Shown: piece after piece, positions 19,201 through 29,213 of the stretch
Numbering within the stretch: position 1 is the stretch's first letter
How the letters are laid out: the number at the start of each line of letters is the position of its first letter
Virus record (IMG/VR): IMGVR_UViG_3300020436_000010
Direction: 5' to 3' (one strand)
Length of the DNA stretch: 64,000 bases
DNA from: an uncultured virus (IMG/VR IMGVR_UViG_3300020436_000010)
Lineage: Duplodnaviria > Heunggongvirae > Uroviricota > Caudoviricetes
Translations under genes and position numbers: made by a program
Notes under the pieces: generated by a model
The model's database searches: none
The model's input: the letters and a program-made list of their open reading frames with translations, nothing else
What the model was told of the DNA's origin: nothing

Positions 19201-22200
19201 AGGTCTTAAAGTTTTATTTTCATAATCAACTGATATGTTATAATCATCATTAAATACGTCACCAATATTATGACCAGCAAAAGGATCAACAAGAATACCA
19301 TTTTTAAATCTATCATTATCATTCGTATCAGTGATTGTCAAGCCATCTGCTTCTTTTTCTAAAAGATTAAGAGAGACATAATACTCAAGATTTTCTATAC
19401 GTTTTTCGAGTGTTCCTATATCTTTCATTGTAAAACGTTTATTATCAACGTATCTTGCTTGAATATCATTCGCATTAAACGTATAGGCAGGTATTTCCAT
19501 CGAATATAAAGTCATAGAATCTTCATCATCTGCTGGTAAAACAGGATTTAAATCAGATACTCCTTTAATGACTTTAAAATTTCTGTCTCTTGTTAAAACA
19601 ATCTTATCTTTTCTTGGTAAGAAATGAGCATAATCAGTATCAAATGTATAATCAAAATCTGGTAAAACTTTACCTTGAAAAACATTTGCTGTAGTAGTAA
19701 TATCGTTTGTTCCTGTATCACCACCATTTGTATTAGCGGTTTCAATTCCGATTCTTTTTGGTCTAAAATCAATAACATCACGTAGTTGAAATTTATTTCC
19801 TGATACAGGTGATGTATATGGTGGTATTTCAGTATATGGTGTATTACCAGCGCCACTATAAATATATGAATCAACTGTAAATGGTCCTGTACCGCTATGT
19901 GTATAGTAATCTACGATTGCGACAACCTGTCCTACTGGTTTATCTTCACCTGGTTTCAATGAAATTTTTCCATAATCATAGAAGTTATCTTTTTGACCAG
20001 TGTCAAATTCAAATCTAGAAGTAATATTATGTTGATTAGCAGAATCAGCAATAGATGCAGTGACCATTGAAGTTTTGACATTAGCATCTGGATTAAGTGA
20101 ATCAATAATAGCAACTAATTTTTTTACATCAGAAATTTTTAAAGAGTTGTTTGCACCTGGTTGCACATTCATTGATGTGCCAAATGCAATTTGACCAGAA
20201 TCTGCTTGAATTTTATTTGTAGAATTATGATCGACATTTGCAACTGTGGTGTTTCCTGTGACAATTGTTTTCTTAGCAATTTGAGAACCTGCACCACTAT
20301 TAGTAGCATTTGCACGTTGCATAGTAGCAATTACTTGAACAGTGTGTGATGCAAAATCAGGTGCTCCAGTTGCGTCCGATCTTGCTTTTACAACTAAAGT
20401 ACCACCATTATTTTCAAGTTCTATTGCTCTTGTATGAGATGAACCTGAAAACAAAGTTGTACCTGATGTATTTGAAAATTCTATGACCCTACCTTGATGT
20501 GTGCCTGCCGTAGCAGTTACTATATAATTTGCATCTGCTTCCGATTCAGAAAGAGTTTTTGTAGTAGCAGGATAAAATGCCTCACCAGATGGTGCAGTGG
20601 CAGTGCCACCTGAAGTTGAATTTAATGTTACACTAAACGTTCTTTTGAATCTATATGTTGTAGAACTTGATCCTGTAGGATTTAAATTTGCTACGGTAGA
20701 ATTCTGTAATGGAAAAATTAATGTTCTTTCATCATCATTCGCTTTAAAAAGTATAGTTTCACCTGTTTCAACACCTCCAAGTCTTCCACTTGGATCAACG
20801 TTAAACCCATCAGATATTTTATTGTTTGCATCTGATTGAGAAGCATCAACCTTAACACCTGATCTTACATTTTTTATACTAAAATCTAAACTATATGTCG
20901 ATGTAGCCGTAGTTGGTTGTGATAAAGCACTGTCTAGTACGGCAGTGTATGTAGTTGATGGTGTAAAAGCAGTTTCATTTCCAGTCCATTCTACAATCTT
21001 TCTTGTGTCCGATGTTGTGACACCAAGAAAAGATGTATTGACAGTAACTTCAACACCATATAATGTGTTTGCAGTAGGAAATAATTTCGTGGGTTGAGAA
21101 CCTCCTCCGCCTAATGAAGCCGCCAATCTTACTATTGATGTATTTGCATTTGCGGCGGCTACAGTTCCGCTCACTTTTTCAAATCTAAAATCAAATAAAT
21201 GTGCATCGTAAATTGCAGGGTATAATCTATGATAGGTATTTGCTTCTGTGCCAGCGGCAATATTCTGAGCAGAGCCAAAATATAAACTATCAATAGTGCT
21301 ACTTCTACCTGCTCTAAAATCTAATTGTCTAATTCTTGCAGTACCTATCTTTGTATTTGCAGTATCGTTTGGATTAATGGCAATGAAATCGATATTATTA
21401 TTCGTACTAGAAGTTGGCTCAAGTGCTTTTAAAGTAGGTCTGTCAGGATCAGTTGTTCCACCAATAAAATAATCTGTAGGCCATTTTACACAATGAAGTT
21501 CTATCAGATCTAATCCGGCCGCACCTGTACCAGTACCTATTGATGCTAAATCTACACTAAGATCAAAACCTGTCATTGCATGAACATCAGTAACTTTTAA
21601 GAATGGTCCAAAGTCCATACCTTGTTGCTCACCAGAAACAGTTCTTGTATCTCTACCTTTATCAATATCAATAAATGTTGAAGTAACTGTTTCATATTCA
21701 TATCCTTTTATATACGCTTTACCAGGACTTAATGCGGCAGTTACTTTTGTATCGACTCCTATTTTTTGATTTTCTGTTCCATCACCTAAAGACGTTCCTG
21801 AAGATAATGTCAAAGTCGTATTATTTGCAATCGTAGATATTGTAGCAGTTTTGTTGGTATTTCCAGAAAGAAAAATGACATCCCCATCAGTCAATTGTGA
21901 AACAAAACCTGTACCAGAACCTGTAAAATTTGTACATGCGTTAGCACTCGTTCTTGTCGAAGCAACGCCAGCAATCTTATGTGTTTCAAATGCAATCGTA
22001 AATGGCTTTACAGTGAAGTCTCCTGATTGATCAAATGTTCTTCTTGCAAGTACGTCACCAATAGCACCATATAATGGATTAACAACCTCCTTTGTTACAA
22101 TACCACTTTCTACTCTAAGCAATTCAATAAAATCAACATCTGATCGTGCCTCTAATGGATTTGTAATTACCTGAGAATACTGTGGTGATCCTGTTGCAGG

Positions 22201-23190
22201 TGTTGTTGGTTTTCCTGAAACAAAATATGTAAAGGTTGTTCCGCTGGTTACATTTGCAATTGGAAATCTACCATTATATTCAGATTGATTTGCGCCTGAT
22301 ACTACAACAATTGCACCATCTTCTAAATTGTGATCTGTAGATGTAGTGACTGTTGCAGTGTTTGATGATGCGGTAAAAGTTAAACCTGAAGATACTATTG
22401 GAGTGCCTGCTTGAAAAATATTTTTAGCAGATAAAGTGAGATCAACTTTGTATCTATTTGCTCCAGGTGCAGTATAGTTTGGAGAACCTAAAGCATTGTC
22501 TAATAAAGACGTATCATCAACGCTTGTAATTATACTTTCTACTATTGAGAGACCAATACGATACGTAGGACTACTTTCGTACTTATCAAGTACAATCGTT
22601 TGTGGAGACACATATACAAAATAACCGCCAATATAAAAAACACCCTCTTCAATTGAAACTACTGAACCGTTTCCTGAAGCAACCGATGAAGTTAATGTTG
22701 TAACATCTTCTAATCCCTCTGCTTCGCCTGCAACATTTGCAAAAAATGTTGTGCCAGTATCTATCGTTTGAATAATTTCATCATCTACAAAAACCTTCTC
22801 ATCGAGATAGTTAATCATTAATGTATTAAGAGCAGTTTGTGTAAATTTTTCTGCTTTTACTACAACCGCTCGTGCTCCTGAAGTATTACCTTCTATAATT
22901 CTACCTTCAAAATTTGATACAACTATTTCAGTCCCAGAATAATTTGTCTTTAATTTAAGAGAATTTATTTTTGTATTGAGAGAAATTTCACCACCATACA
23001 CCCTATCACCATCAGAAAAATTATAATCACCTAATTGTTCGATTTGATTTTGAAGAATAGATTGCATCTGTGTAAGTTCTCTTGCTTGCACAGAAAATGC
23101 AGGTCGATATAAGATTTTAAAAAACTTTTTTGCTTCATCAAAATCGTCATGATAAGGTGATACGTTGAAATCGGTAGTTAATTTAGGCAT
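16276..23190 (-). CDS. Very large virion structural protein (VrlC/DUF4815-like), 2304 aa
   Basis: SPYHDDF, VQARELTQMQSILQNQI, APGANRYK, LARRTFDQSGDF, RFTMKDIGTLEKRI, RFKNGILVDPF. Confidence 0.9.
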   Translation of the reverse strand: MPKLTTDFNVSPYHDDFDEAKKFFKILYRPAFSVQARELTQMQSILQNQIEQLGDYNFSDGDRVYGGEISLNTKINSLKLKTNYSGTEIVVSNFEGRIIEGNTSGARAVVVKAEKFTQTALNTLMINYLDEKVFVDDEIIQTIDTGTTFFANVAGEAEGLEDVTTLTSSVASGNGSVVSIEEGVFYIGGYFVYVSPQTIVLDKYESSPTYRIGLSIVESIITSVDDTSLLDNALGSPNYTAPGANRYKVDLTLSAKNIFQAGTPIVSSGLTFTASSNTATVTTSTDHNLEDGAIVVVSGANQSEYNGRFPIANVTSGTTFTYFVSGKPTTPATGSPQYSQVITNPLEARSDVDFIELLRVESGIVTKEVVNPLYGAIGDVLARRTFDQSGDFTVKPFTIAFETHKIAGVASTRTSANACTNFTGSGTGFVSQLTDGDVIFLSGNTNKTATISTIANNTTLTLSSGTSLGDGTENQKIGVDTKVTAALSPGKAYIKGYEYETVTSTFIDIDKGRDTRTVSGEQQGMDFGPFLKVTDVHAMTGFDLSVDLASIGTGTGAAGLDLIELHCVKWPTDYFIGGTTDPDRPTLKALEPTSSTNNNIDFIAINPNDTANTKIGTARIRQLDFRAGRSSTIDSLYFGSAQNIAAGTEANTYHRLYPAIYDAHLFDFRFEKVSGTVAAANANTSIVRLAASLGGGGSQPTKLFPTANTLYGVEVTVNTSFLGVTTSDTRKIVEWTGNETAFTPSTTYTAVLDSALSQPTTATSTYSLDFSIKNVRSGVKVDASQSDANNKISDGFNVDPSGRLGGVETGETILFKANDDERTLIFPLQNSTVANLNPTGSSSTTYRFKRTFSVTLNSTSGGTATAPSGEAFYPATTKTLSESEADANYIVTATAGTHQGRVIEFSNTSGTTLFSGSSHTRAIELENNGGTLVVKARSDATGAPDFASHTVQVIATMQRANATNSGAGSQIAKKTIVTGNTTVANVDHNSTNKIQADSGQIAFGTSMNVQPGANNSLKISDVKKLVAIIDSLNPDANVKTSMVTASIADSANQHNITSRFEFDTGQKDNFYDYGKISLKPGEDKPVGQVVAIVDYYTHSGTGPFTVDSYIYSGAGNTPYTEIPPYTSPVSGNKFQLRDVIDFRPKRIGIETANTNGGDTGTNDITTTANVFQGKVLPDFDYTFDTDYAHFLPRKDKIVLTRDRNFKVIKGVSDLNPVLPADDEDSMTLYSMEIPAYTFNANDIQARYVDNKRFTMKDIGTLEKRIENLEYYVSLNLLEKEADGLTITDTNDNDRFKNGILVDPFAGHNIGDVFNDDYNISVDYENKTLRPPFKSDLHRLEFDANTQNSTLVNNGGILTLPFSSSPFLDQPLTGNLLGKNEQKTISVNPYSFSNYIGVCDLDPPTDNWYDTSIRPQVVVNLEGQYDNWTDMPTANGHGSHYNDWEDIWSGKQIIEDVKVGTRDAGDSASNDRRAKTTTQNKTLSGLKKGNVPEKIIKTIGNKVVNISVLPKVREQTISFVAKGIKPNKNVYAFFDDIKVTSFVKQASLLNLSNVSTSNVFRTTSSNYETIKITGSAGNSGNTAKVVYMSDRNDVNSCSIMIINQSTESAFSIGSVVQGIDTLANGTISSVTNYNLSDGQLTVSNEGVTAGIFNIPSDRFTSGELVFRLTDDSDNILASTTSVAERIFHNKGVIDSNREDNVISVRPLIKKRDDISTENIVKSYATPRRSESNKFFAPLSQSFFVAEDNFPSGVFLDSVELYFSQKESSLGSKNSITLDLRPMVEGAPSPSVVIPGSQVTLTPARVTANTSTPVANSSGGFPDTSLGNSLTANKSGSNVGSKTIFKFDFPVFLNPGEYAFTLNSATSEYKLYAYELGAKHTGTDRKITKQPYVGKLFKPSNAETRTGLENEGLMFKINRCNFSSDFAHARLTNKVTSSSNATSNSIMDSMKVISDTIEFANTSSIFHFFTTAKNAAVKGSATQFVPNKNIDFKTQQQITYETDELIDAYGNSFQLNVYFTSANTIISPVFDETRAGIISIENDVNNAGIKNSNILIISSGSSLLQSEYGGDTGRYASENAVDGNTSAFTVSDPDVGSNTATIAANVGSDGKINDIKVVNPGSGYLTNPTVTVASALSGTDPVIRIVSEGSNSSNMLTANTQHSRGGNLTAKYISRRVTLEEGFDASDIRVYMNAYKPRGTNIYVYYKVLSGEDSENFDDKPYVLMDQETSEGLFSLNENDFKEYVFKTKDEKINYSTNDGTATFRNFRTFAIKLVFTRDLDIQTTFIGIPKVTDLKALALDSVGNP

Positions 23191-23198
23191 TATTATCC

Positions 23199-25001
23199 TT
23201 AAAACTCAAGAACAATCTTGAAATCCTCTATTTGATTTGTTGCTCTAGTTACGTTTGTTCTATTTTCGATATACAATATGTCTCCGCTATATGGTTTCAT
23301 ATCAGGACTTGTCACTCCATTTGCTACTACTGTGGCACTTGCGCCAGATGTATTACCAGTTACAGTATTAACCGTAGAATTAGATACAAATGTACCTTGA
23401 ACTTGATTCAGTCTTAATTTATTATTATTTAGAAAGTCTATCACTACACCATTGGCCGTACTATTTGATAATGAATCGCCTTGAAAAACTACTTCATCTG
23501 CTTGAAAAGTACCACCAACTTGAGATATGGTTATCTTTGTTGATTGATCTGATAAATCTGATGTAAAAAAAGCATTTGCATTAGCACTCTGTAAAGGATC
23601 TCGTACTAAACCAACCTGTCTAAATTCATTTTCAGTTGTAAAAAACCCTGATTCATTTCCAGTGATTCTTGAATCAACCATTACTCTGTTTCCTGCTAAT
23701 TCTTCAATTGCATTAAATCCATGACCACCAACTGGTCCAATAACAACTTCAGCATTTGCGCCACTTCCATGCGATGAGTTAGCAGAAATTGTAATGCTTG
23801 CAGTCGTATAATTCAATCCTTTATTTGTGACTAATATTTCTTTTACTCCAAATGTTGTGTTTCCTGTGCTTCTTGCCTTTGCATCATTGCCATCACCTGA
23901 AATAGATAAAGTTGGTGATATAGTGTAACCTGAACTTGTATTTGGCGTTATAGTAAATGGTGTTTCTACTGTCACTCTTCTCAAGGCGGCATCATATGCT
24001 GAAATTTTTGATTGCTCTCCTCTACCTGCATTATTGACAACATATAATGTAGATCCAACATATACACCATCTGTAGTTGTATTAGCATCAGTAGCCAATT
24101 GTAATACAGTCGTATTTGTTACTGATGCAAATGTATTTTCTTCAAATTTGTATGTCGAAATTATGTCAGAACTTAAAGTTGCTTGTGCTCCTGAAGTGTT
24201 ACCAGAGACAATTTCTGAACTTGTAAATAATGCATTTGCATTTGGAAAATATATAAGTGTATTTGCACCTGTAGAATAAGAAATAACGACACCTTTATTA
24301 CCAGATGTTTCCCCAGTGATAATTTCACCAACTACAAAATCTCTCGACTCAACACCTGTGCTATCAGTTGGAGTGGTAGAGAATTGTGCCAAATAATTTC
24401 CATTTGATGTTCTATTGATTACGTCTATCGCACCATCAACCGAAGCCTGCTCTACTGTATATTGTAGAGATCCATCATTTAAAGTACCAACCTTTTTAAC
24501 TGGTATATATTCTGAGGTTGTAAATTTTAAGGTGTCTTGAGGAGATATAGAATACATAAATTTCCACTTGTAACCATCACTCAATTCTATAAGTCCTGTA
24601 CCTGTACCAGTAGGTCTTATTGTTGATGCACCATTAGCAATATTATTTTGAAGACATTTATAAACATTTAATTGGTCTGTTACTACATAAAAATTATTTG
24701 CAGATTGTTCATTATTTTTTTGACTATGTGCAGTATAAGCAGTATTGGATTCCCAATCAACTCTTGGTATAATATGACTAACATCGGCAGATGTTATCTT
24801 CTTTGCTGATATCATTGATCTCCAATAATCAAAAGAAGAATTTGCCACGGAATCTGTTGGTGCTGGAGGATCGGTTTCATCACTCCAAGCATCTACTTTG
24901 CCAATAAAAAGATATAAATTTGTTGCTGAAGATTCACTTAGAGATTCTATAAATTGTTCAGCGTTATGAATTTTAAATTTATTTGTAACTAGATTAGGCA
25001 T
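23199..25001 (-). CDS. gp8: Baseplate wedge subunit (gp8-like)
   Basis: LYLFIGK..W, FYVVTD..NVYKCL.N, DGYKWKFMY, SGDILYIENR, EDFKIVLEF. Confidence 0.92.
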   Translation of the reverse strand: MPNLVTNKFKIHNAEQFIESLSESSATNLYLFIGKVDAWSDETDPPAPTDSVANSSFDYWRSMISAKKITSADVSHIIPRVDWESNTAYTAHSQKNNEQSANNFYVVTDQLNVYKCLQNNIANGASTIRPTGTGTGLIELSDGYKWKFMYSISPQDTLKFTTSEYIPVKKVGTLNDGSLQYTVEQASVDGAIDVINRTSNGNYLAQFSTTPTDSTGVESRDFVVGEIITGETSGNKGVVISYSTGANTLIYFPNANALFTSSEIVSGNTSGAQATLSSDIISTYKFEENTFASVTNTTVLQLATDANTTTDGVYVGSTLYVVNNAGRGEQSKISAYDAALRRVTVETPFTITPNTSSGYTISPTLSISGDGNDAKARSTGNTTFGVKEILVTNKGLNYTTASITISANSSHGSGANAEVVIGPVGGHGFNAIEELAGNRVMVDSRITGNESGFFTTENEFRQVGLVRDPLQSANANAFFTSDLSDQSTKITISQVGGTFQADEVVFQGDSLSNSTANGVVIDFLNNNKLRLNQVQGTFVSNSTVNTVTGNTSGASATVVANGVTSPDMKPYSGDILYIENRTNVTRATNQIEDFKIVLEF

Positions 25002-25006
25002 ATTAT

Positions 25007-25014
25007 TATTTATG
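25007..25014 (-). promoter_or_regulatory. Late promoter-like CATAAATA
   Basis: 5 nt upstream of the gp8 ATG. Confidence 0.55.
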
Positions 25015-28000
25015 ATGTAACAATGATCTTTGGTTCGACATTTGCAAAGGTAGATAATTCTTCCATTTGCAATTTTCCAGATGATGTGTTAGACGTTGTA
25101 TAAAGAACATTCAATAGTCCAATTCCATCTTCTAATTGAATTAAACCTAAACCATCGTTGTCTGTTATTCCCATGAAATTATTTGTTCCTTCATATTTAT
25201 TTGACAAAGATACCGTTAATTCCGATTGCTCAAGGTCCATGTTTCTTGAAATTTTTAATTCTATATCAACATTTGATGATCCGTCACCAATGACAACATT
25301 TGTAGTTATGGCTGTGCTATTAATAATAGATGAAACTTGTGCTTTAATAGAAGTATTTGACGAAAGGCATATAATGTCACCTACTAAAAGATCTTCAGTG
25401 AAAAAAGAATTTACACCAATCAACGTATTATTGCCATCATTTAATCCATTAGCAGATGTTGTGCCTCTTAATGTTGTTTCTAACATTAAATGTTCTACTA
25501 TGTCATTATCAAATTTGACAGTTGAACCATCACCAATAGTAGTGTTGCATATAATTGCGGTAGAATTTAAAATACTCAATACCTGCATCTGTTCAGTTCC
25601 GCCTTGTAATGTGATAACATCATTTATTGTAAGTTCTTCTTCAAAATTTGTACCTACACCTAATATTAAATTTTTATCGAAACTCGTTATATTTGCGGTT
25701 GCTTGTGAAGTTACACCATTTGCATTTGATGTCAAAACAAAATCATTTGCTCCAGTCGAGTGAAGCACTAAAATTTTATTATTAGATGCATCAGTTGAAT
25801 ATTCTTGAACCGTACCGTTTGAAGTTGTGTTCTGCGTTTCAGAATATAGAACGTAGGAAAAAGATGAATTAGAACTCTCTAGCAATAAATCACCTGTGTT
25901 TGAATTTAAGGGGTCTATCGTACTTTCTAATAATGATAAATTATTATCTTCATAAACAAAATTAAATCCTGTCTCAAGAGTTAAAAAATTAGATTGAATA
26001 TCTAACGAATTTGATCCATTATCATTATCCAATATTAAATTATCTTTATCGCCCTGAAAAACTTCTTCACCAACATTAAAACTTGCAGAGGAATTTCCAA
26101 ATACAAAATAAGAGAGTACGTTTGACGATGAACAATTTAAAGTACCTGATAAAGTTTTTTCAAGAAGCATTTCACCATATGATATTTCAAATGCTTGCTC
26201 ATCATCTATAATAATCTTGGAGCCTTCAGGAAAATTTTCTGGAAAATCTGTAGATGCAAAACCAGTTTCTAATAAAAAATTATCAAAGGTTTCAAGAATC
26301 ATTACTCCTGAATCATCTTCAAGAGTTAATTCATCTGTCAAACCTTCATCAGATGTTATAACATCAGAATTTCCTGTAATAATAATAGTTCTTCCAGTTC
26401 CTCCAACATCTAATGTCTGTAATTTTTCTAATGAGATTTTATGAGATGGTTCAAAATATTGTTCCATTAAAATATTGTCGCCATCTTCTAAAACTAATGT
26501 TTCGTCATTTTCAGATGTTAATAAATGATCAAAACCCATTTGCAAAGTTGGTGGTGTTGGTCTAAATTCACCAAAAAGTTTTGAACCGACAGGATGTAAT
26601 AGATCATAAACCGTCTCTTCATAATCTACAATTTGTTTTCTTGTTCTTAAAGAATAACTATAATCTTGATAATATTCACTATCAGTAATTTTTTTAATAG
26701 AACTAGGTCTTCCGTTTTCATTTAAATACTCACCTGATGTTTCACCTACTGCACCGATATTTGCAGTTAGATTGGCATTTCCACCACCCTTATTCGCTAA
26801 AGATAATGTAGGAGCACTCGTAAAACCTACGCCAAAATTTATAAGATCTATTTCTTTTACAGATCCTGCGGCCAATCCTGCAACATCAATGACTGCATTA
26901 TTACCTCTTATGCCACCATCCGCAATAGCAGTACCAGTATTTACTGTTGCATTTGCAGACGAAGTAAAACCTGTAATTTTTTCATTAGAAACAAAATCAA
27001 TTGCAGAAAATAAAAATCTATCATCCGCTTTATGACCTTTAGGCAATGTAAATTTAACGGAAACATTTTCATCATACTTAATTGTACCTGTAGCAGGAGT
27101 TGTTGGAGAACCAGAAACGGTAAAAGTAAAAGTAGAATCAGATGCAACAGTAATTGTTTTTTCGCCATTATAATCAGATTGATCTGCGCCAGTTAAAATA
27201 ACTTTTTGTCCATCATCTAAACCATGTTTGACAGGAGTAGTAACTGTTGCAGTTGTGCTTGATCTTGTTACGCTTGTGATAGGAAATTGTAAAGTTTGAA
27301 AGGCACCTGAAACGTCTGTGGATGTTGATGTGTATTGTATAGTAGTATCTGTGTTAGTAGATTCTGTCGTACTGGCCGCATTGATACCTCTTCGAAAAAC
27401 AAATGAATTTGTATCTTCTAGTCCATCAGTAGTTGTAGGTGCATTGAATTGAATGTCATATACCGTTGGTATTGTCGTATTAATATAATTTGAAGTATTA
27501 ACTGTAAGATCGTTTCTTCCTGAATTAAAAGTGCCTTGATATTCTATAGTTCTAGCACGAAATCTTGTTGGATCAGATATACTTGATGCATTAGATACTA
27601 TACCCAAAAAAGTACCAACTTTGTTTCCAGTGTTAGATGTTATTCTCTCACCTGTTCTAAATACACCAGATATTGCATTCGTTTCATCAATTGAATCAGG
27701 ATCAGAATTTAAATTTATTATACCTACTGCAGGATCATTAAACTTTACGATATTGTCTTGAATAATAGAAATGATAGGAGATAGTTCATATCCAAAACCC
27801 AATCCAGTTGCTCTAACATTTGCTATTGTCCCTATTTGCAACGCAGAAAATCCTAATGCATCTACTAATCGTGTAGTTCTTAATGATGTTTCTTGTCCAG
27901 AAAGACCATAATTTGATTCATTAAATGCCACAGTCGTAAAATTACCAATTATATCTTCATTAATAGAAAAGGTGAATGTGTGAGCAATGTTACTAACATC

Positions 28001-29212
28001 TCCAGATACACCTGTACCTCCAGTAGCAAAATTATTTACAGTCAATACGGCAGTATTCACATAACCATCACCACCATCAAAAATTGTGAATCCTGTAATG
28101 GCACCAGTCCCTATTTGCGATACTCTAGCCGCTCCATCCTGACCACCACCACCAGTAATCGTTATTGTATCACCTATTTTATAATTTGTACCTGCATTTA
28201 AAATATTAATATTAGTAATAACACCTTGAGCGGTTCCTGTACCAGTCGTGCCTTCAAATTCACTTGAATTTATTTCTTCACCAACTACAAAAGTTCCGAC
28301 TATATCTGTTAAAAATAATTCTGTAACCTCCAATGCACCAGATTGAAATTTTTGAACACTATCTACTGTAGCAGTAGCCGATGATGTTTTTCCTGTTATG
28401 ATTCTCGATTCAAATCTTTCATTAGGGTCACTTGTAATAATTCTTAAAGTTTTTTGTCTTCTGTAATTACCTGATGAAGGAGATAGAAGATCAACTTTAG
28501 GTCTATAAAAATCTAAATCTTGTACATTGAAAAAAGATTTAAAGAATAAATCAAAAGAATACTCTGAACCTTTTGATCTATAGAGATCAAAAATACGTTT
28601 GAAAAAATCTCTTTTTTCTGTAGAAATAGATTCATTAACATTAATAGCAAATTCTTGTTGAAAGTATTTTACAATATTATCATCTACAGTATCAATGTCT
28701 CTTTCTGATAATAATGATTTTGATGCGAATAATGGATTTTTTTCAAATTTAGATACTGTTGCTTTTGTGCGATTATTTTTTCCTATTATTTCTTCATTTG
28801 TCAAAAATTTTGATCTCGTAAGACCAGAAACATATATTACAGTATTAGAAGAGGTCATGTCTCTATCTACAATACCGGTGGCACCTGATGTTTGACCAGT
28901 GATGATTTCATTTTTTTCAAATGAACTTAAAATACTTGTATTTGTAGTTTCTCTCGTACTTTCTAGAGTGAGAGTTGTTCCGTCTTCTAAAGCAAAATTT
29001 GTATCATCATCTTCTAGTGTAAGTCTGAATTCGTTTTGTATGGTATCAGTTAGTGTTAATTCACTCGATTCCATCCATTTATAATATGCTTTTAAAAAAT
29101 TGACAAATGTTTCAGCATCTTCTCTAATAAATTCAGGAAATTGTTGTTCAATTAATGGAACAATCGAATTTATAACTTTATTATTTTTTTCGTCTAAAAG
29201 ATAATCAGTCAT
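25010..29212 (-). CDS. gp7: Baseplate wedge initiator (gp7-like), 1400 aa
   Basis: QQFPEFIRED..FVNFLKAYY, LYRSKGS, DSEYYQDYSY, LLHPVG; lies between gp6 and gp8. Confidence 0.88.
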   Translation of the reverse strand: MTDYLLDEKNNKVINSIVPLIEQQFPEFIREDAETFVNFLKAYYKWMESSELTLTDTIQNEFRLTLEDDDTNFALEDGTTLTLESTRETTNTSILSSFEKNEIITGQTSGATGIVDRDMTSSNTVIYVSGLTRSKFLTNEEIIGKNNRTKATVSKFEKNPLFASKSLLSERDIDTVDDNIVKYFQQEFAINVNESISTEKRDFFKRIFDLYRSKGSEYSFDLFFKSFFNVQDLDFYRPKVDLLSPSSGNYRRQKTLRIITSDPNERFESRIITGKTSSATATVDSVQKFQSGALEVTELFLTDIVGTFVVGEEINSSEFEGTTGTGTAQGVITNINILNAGTNYKIGDTITITGGGGQDGAARVSQIGTGAITGFTIFDGGDGYVNTAVLTVNNFATGGTGVSGDVSNIAHTFTFSINEDIIGNFTTVAFNESNYGLSGQETSLRTTRLVDALGFSALQIGTIANVRATGLGFGYELSPIISIIQDNIVKFNDPAVGIINLNSDPDSIDETNAISGVFRTGERITSNTGNKVGTFLGIVSNASSISDPTRFRARTIEYQGTFNSGRNDLTVNTSNYINTTIPTVYDIQFNAPTTTDGLEDTNSFVFRRGINAASTTESTNTDTTIQYTSTSTDVSGAFQTLQFPITSVTRSSTTATVTTPVKHGLDDGQKVILTGADQSDYNGEKTITVASDSTFTFTVSGSPTTPATGTIKYDENVSVKFTLPKGHKADDRFLFSAIDFVSNEKITGFTSSANATVNTGTAIADGGIRGNNAVIDVAGLAAGSVKEIDLINFGVGFTSAPTLSLANKGGGNANLTANIGAVGETSGEYLNENGRPSSIKKITDSEYYQDYSYSLRTRKQIVDYEETVYDLLHPVGSKLFGEFRPTPPTLQMGFDHLLTSENDETLVLEDGDNILMEQYFEPSHKISLEKLQTLDVGGTGRTIIITGNSDVITSDEGLTDELTLEDDSGVMILETFDNFLLETGFASTDFPENFPEGSKIIIDDEQAFEISYGEMLLEKTLSGTLNCSSSNVLSYFVFGNSSASFNVGEEVFQGDKDNLILDNDNGSNSLDIQSNFLTLETGFNFVYEDNNLSLLESTIDPLNSNTGDLLLESSNSSFSYVLYSETQNTTSNGTVQEYSTDASNNKILVLHSTGANDFVLTSNANGVTSQATANITSFDKNLILGVGTNFEEELTINDVITLQGGTEQMQVLSILNSTAIICNTTIGDGSTVKFDNDIVEHLMLETTLRGTTSANGLNDGNNTLIGVNSFFTEDLLVGDIICLSSNTSIKAQVSSIINSTAITTNVVIGDGSSNVDIELKISRNMDLEQSELTVSLSNKYEGTNNFMGITDNDGLGLIQLEDGIGLLNVLYTTSNTSSGKLQMEELSTFANVEPKIIVTS

Positions 29213-29213
29213 T

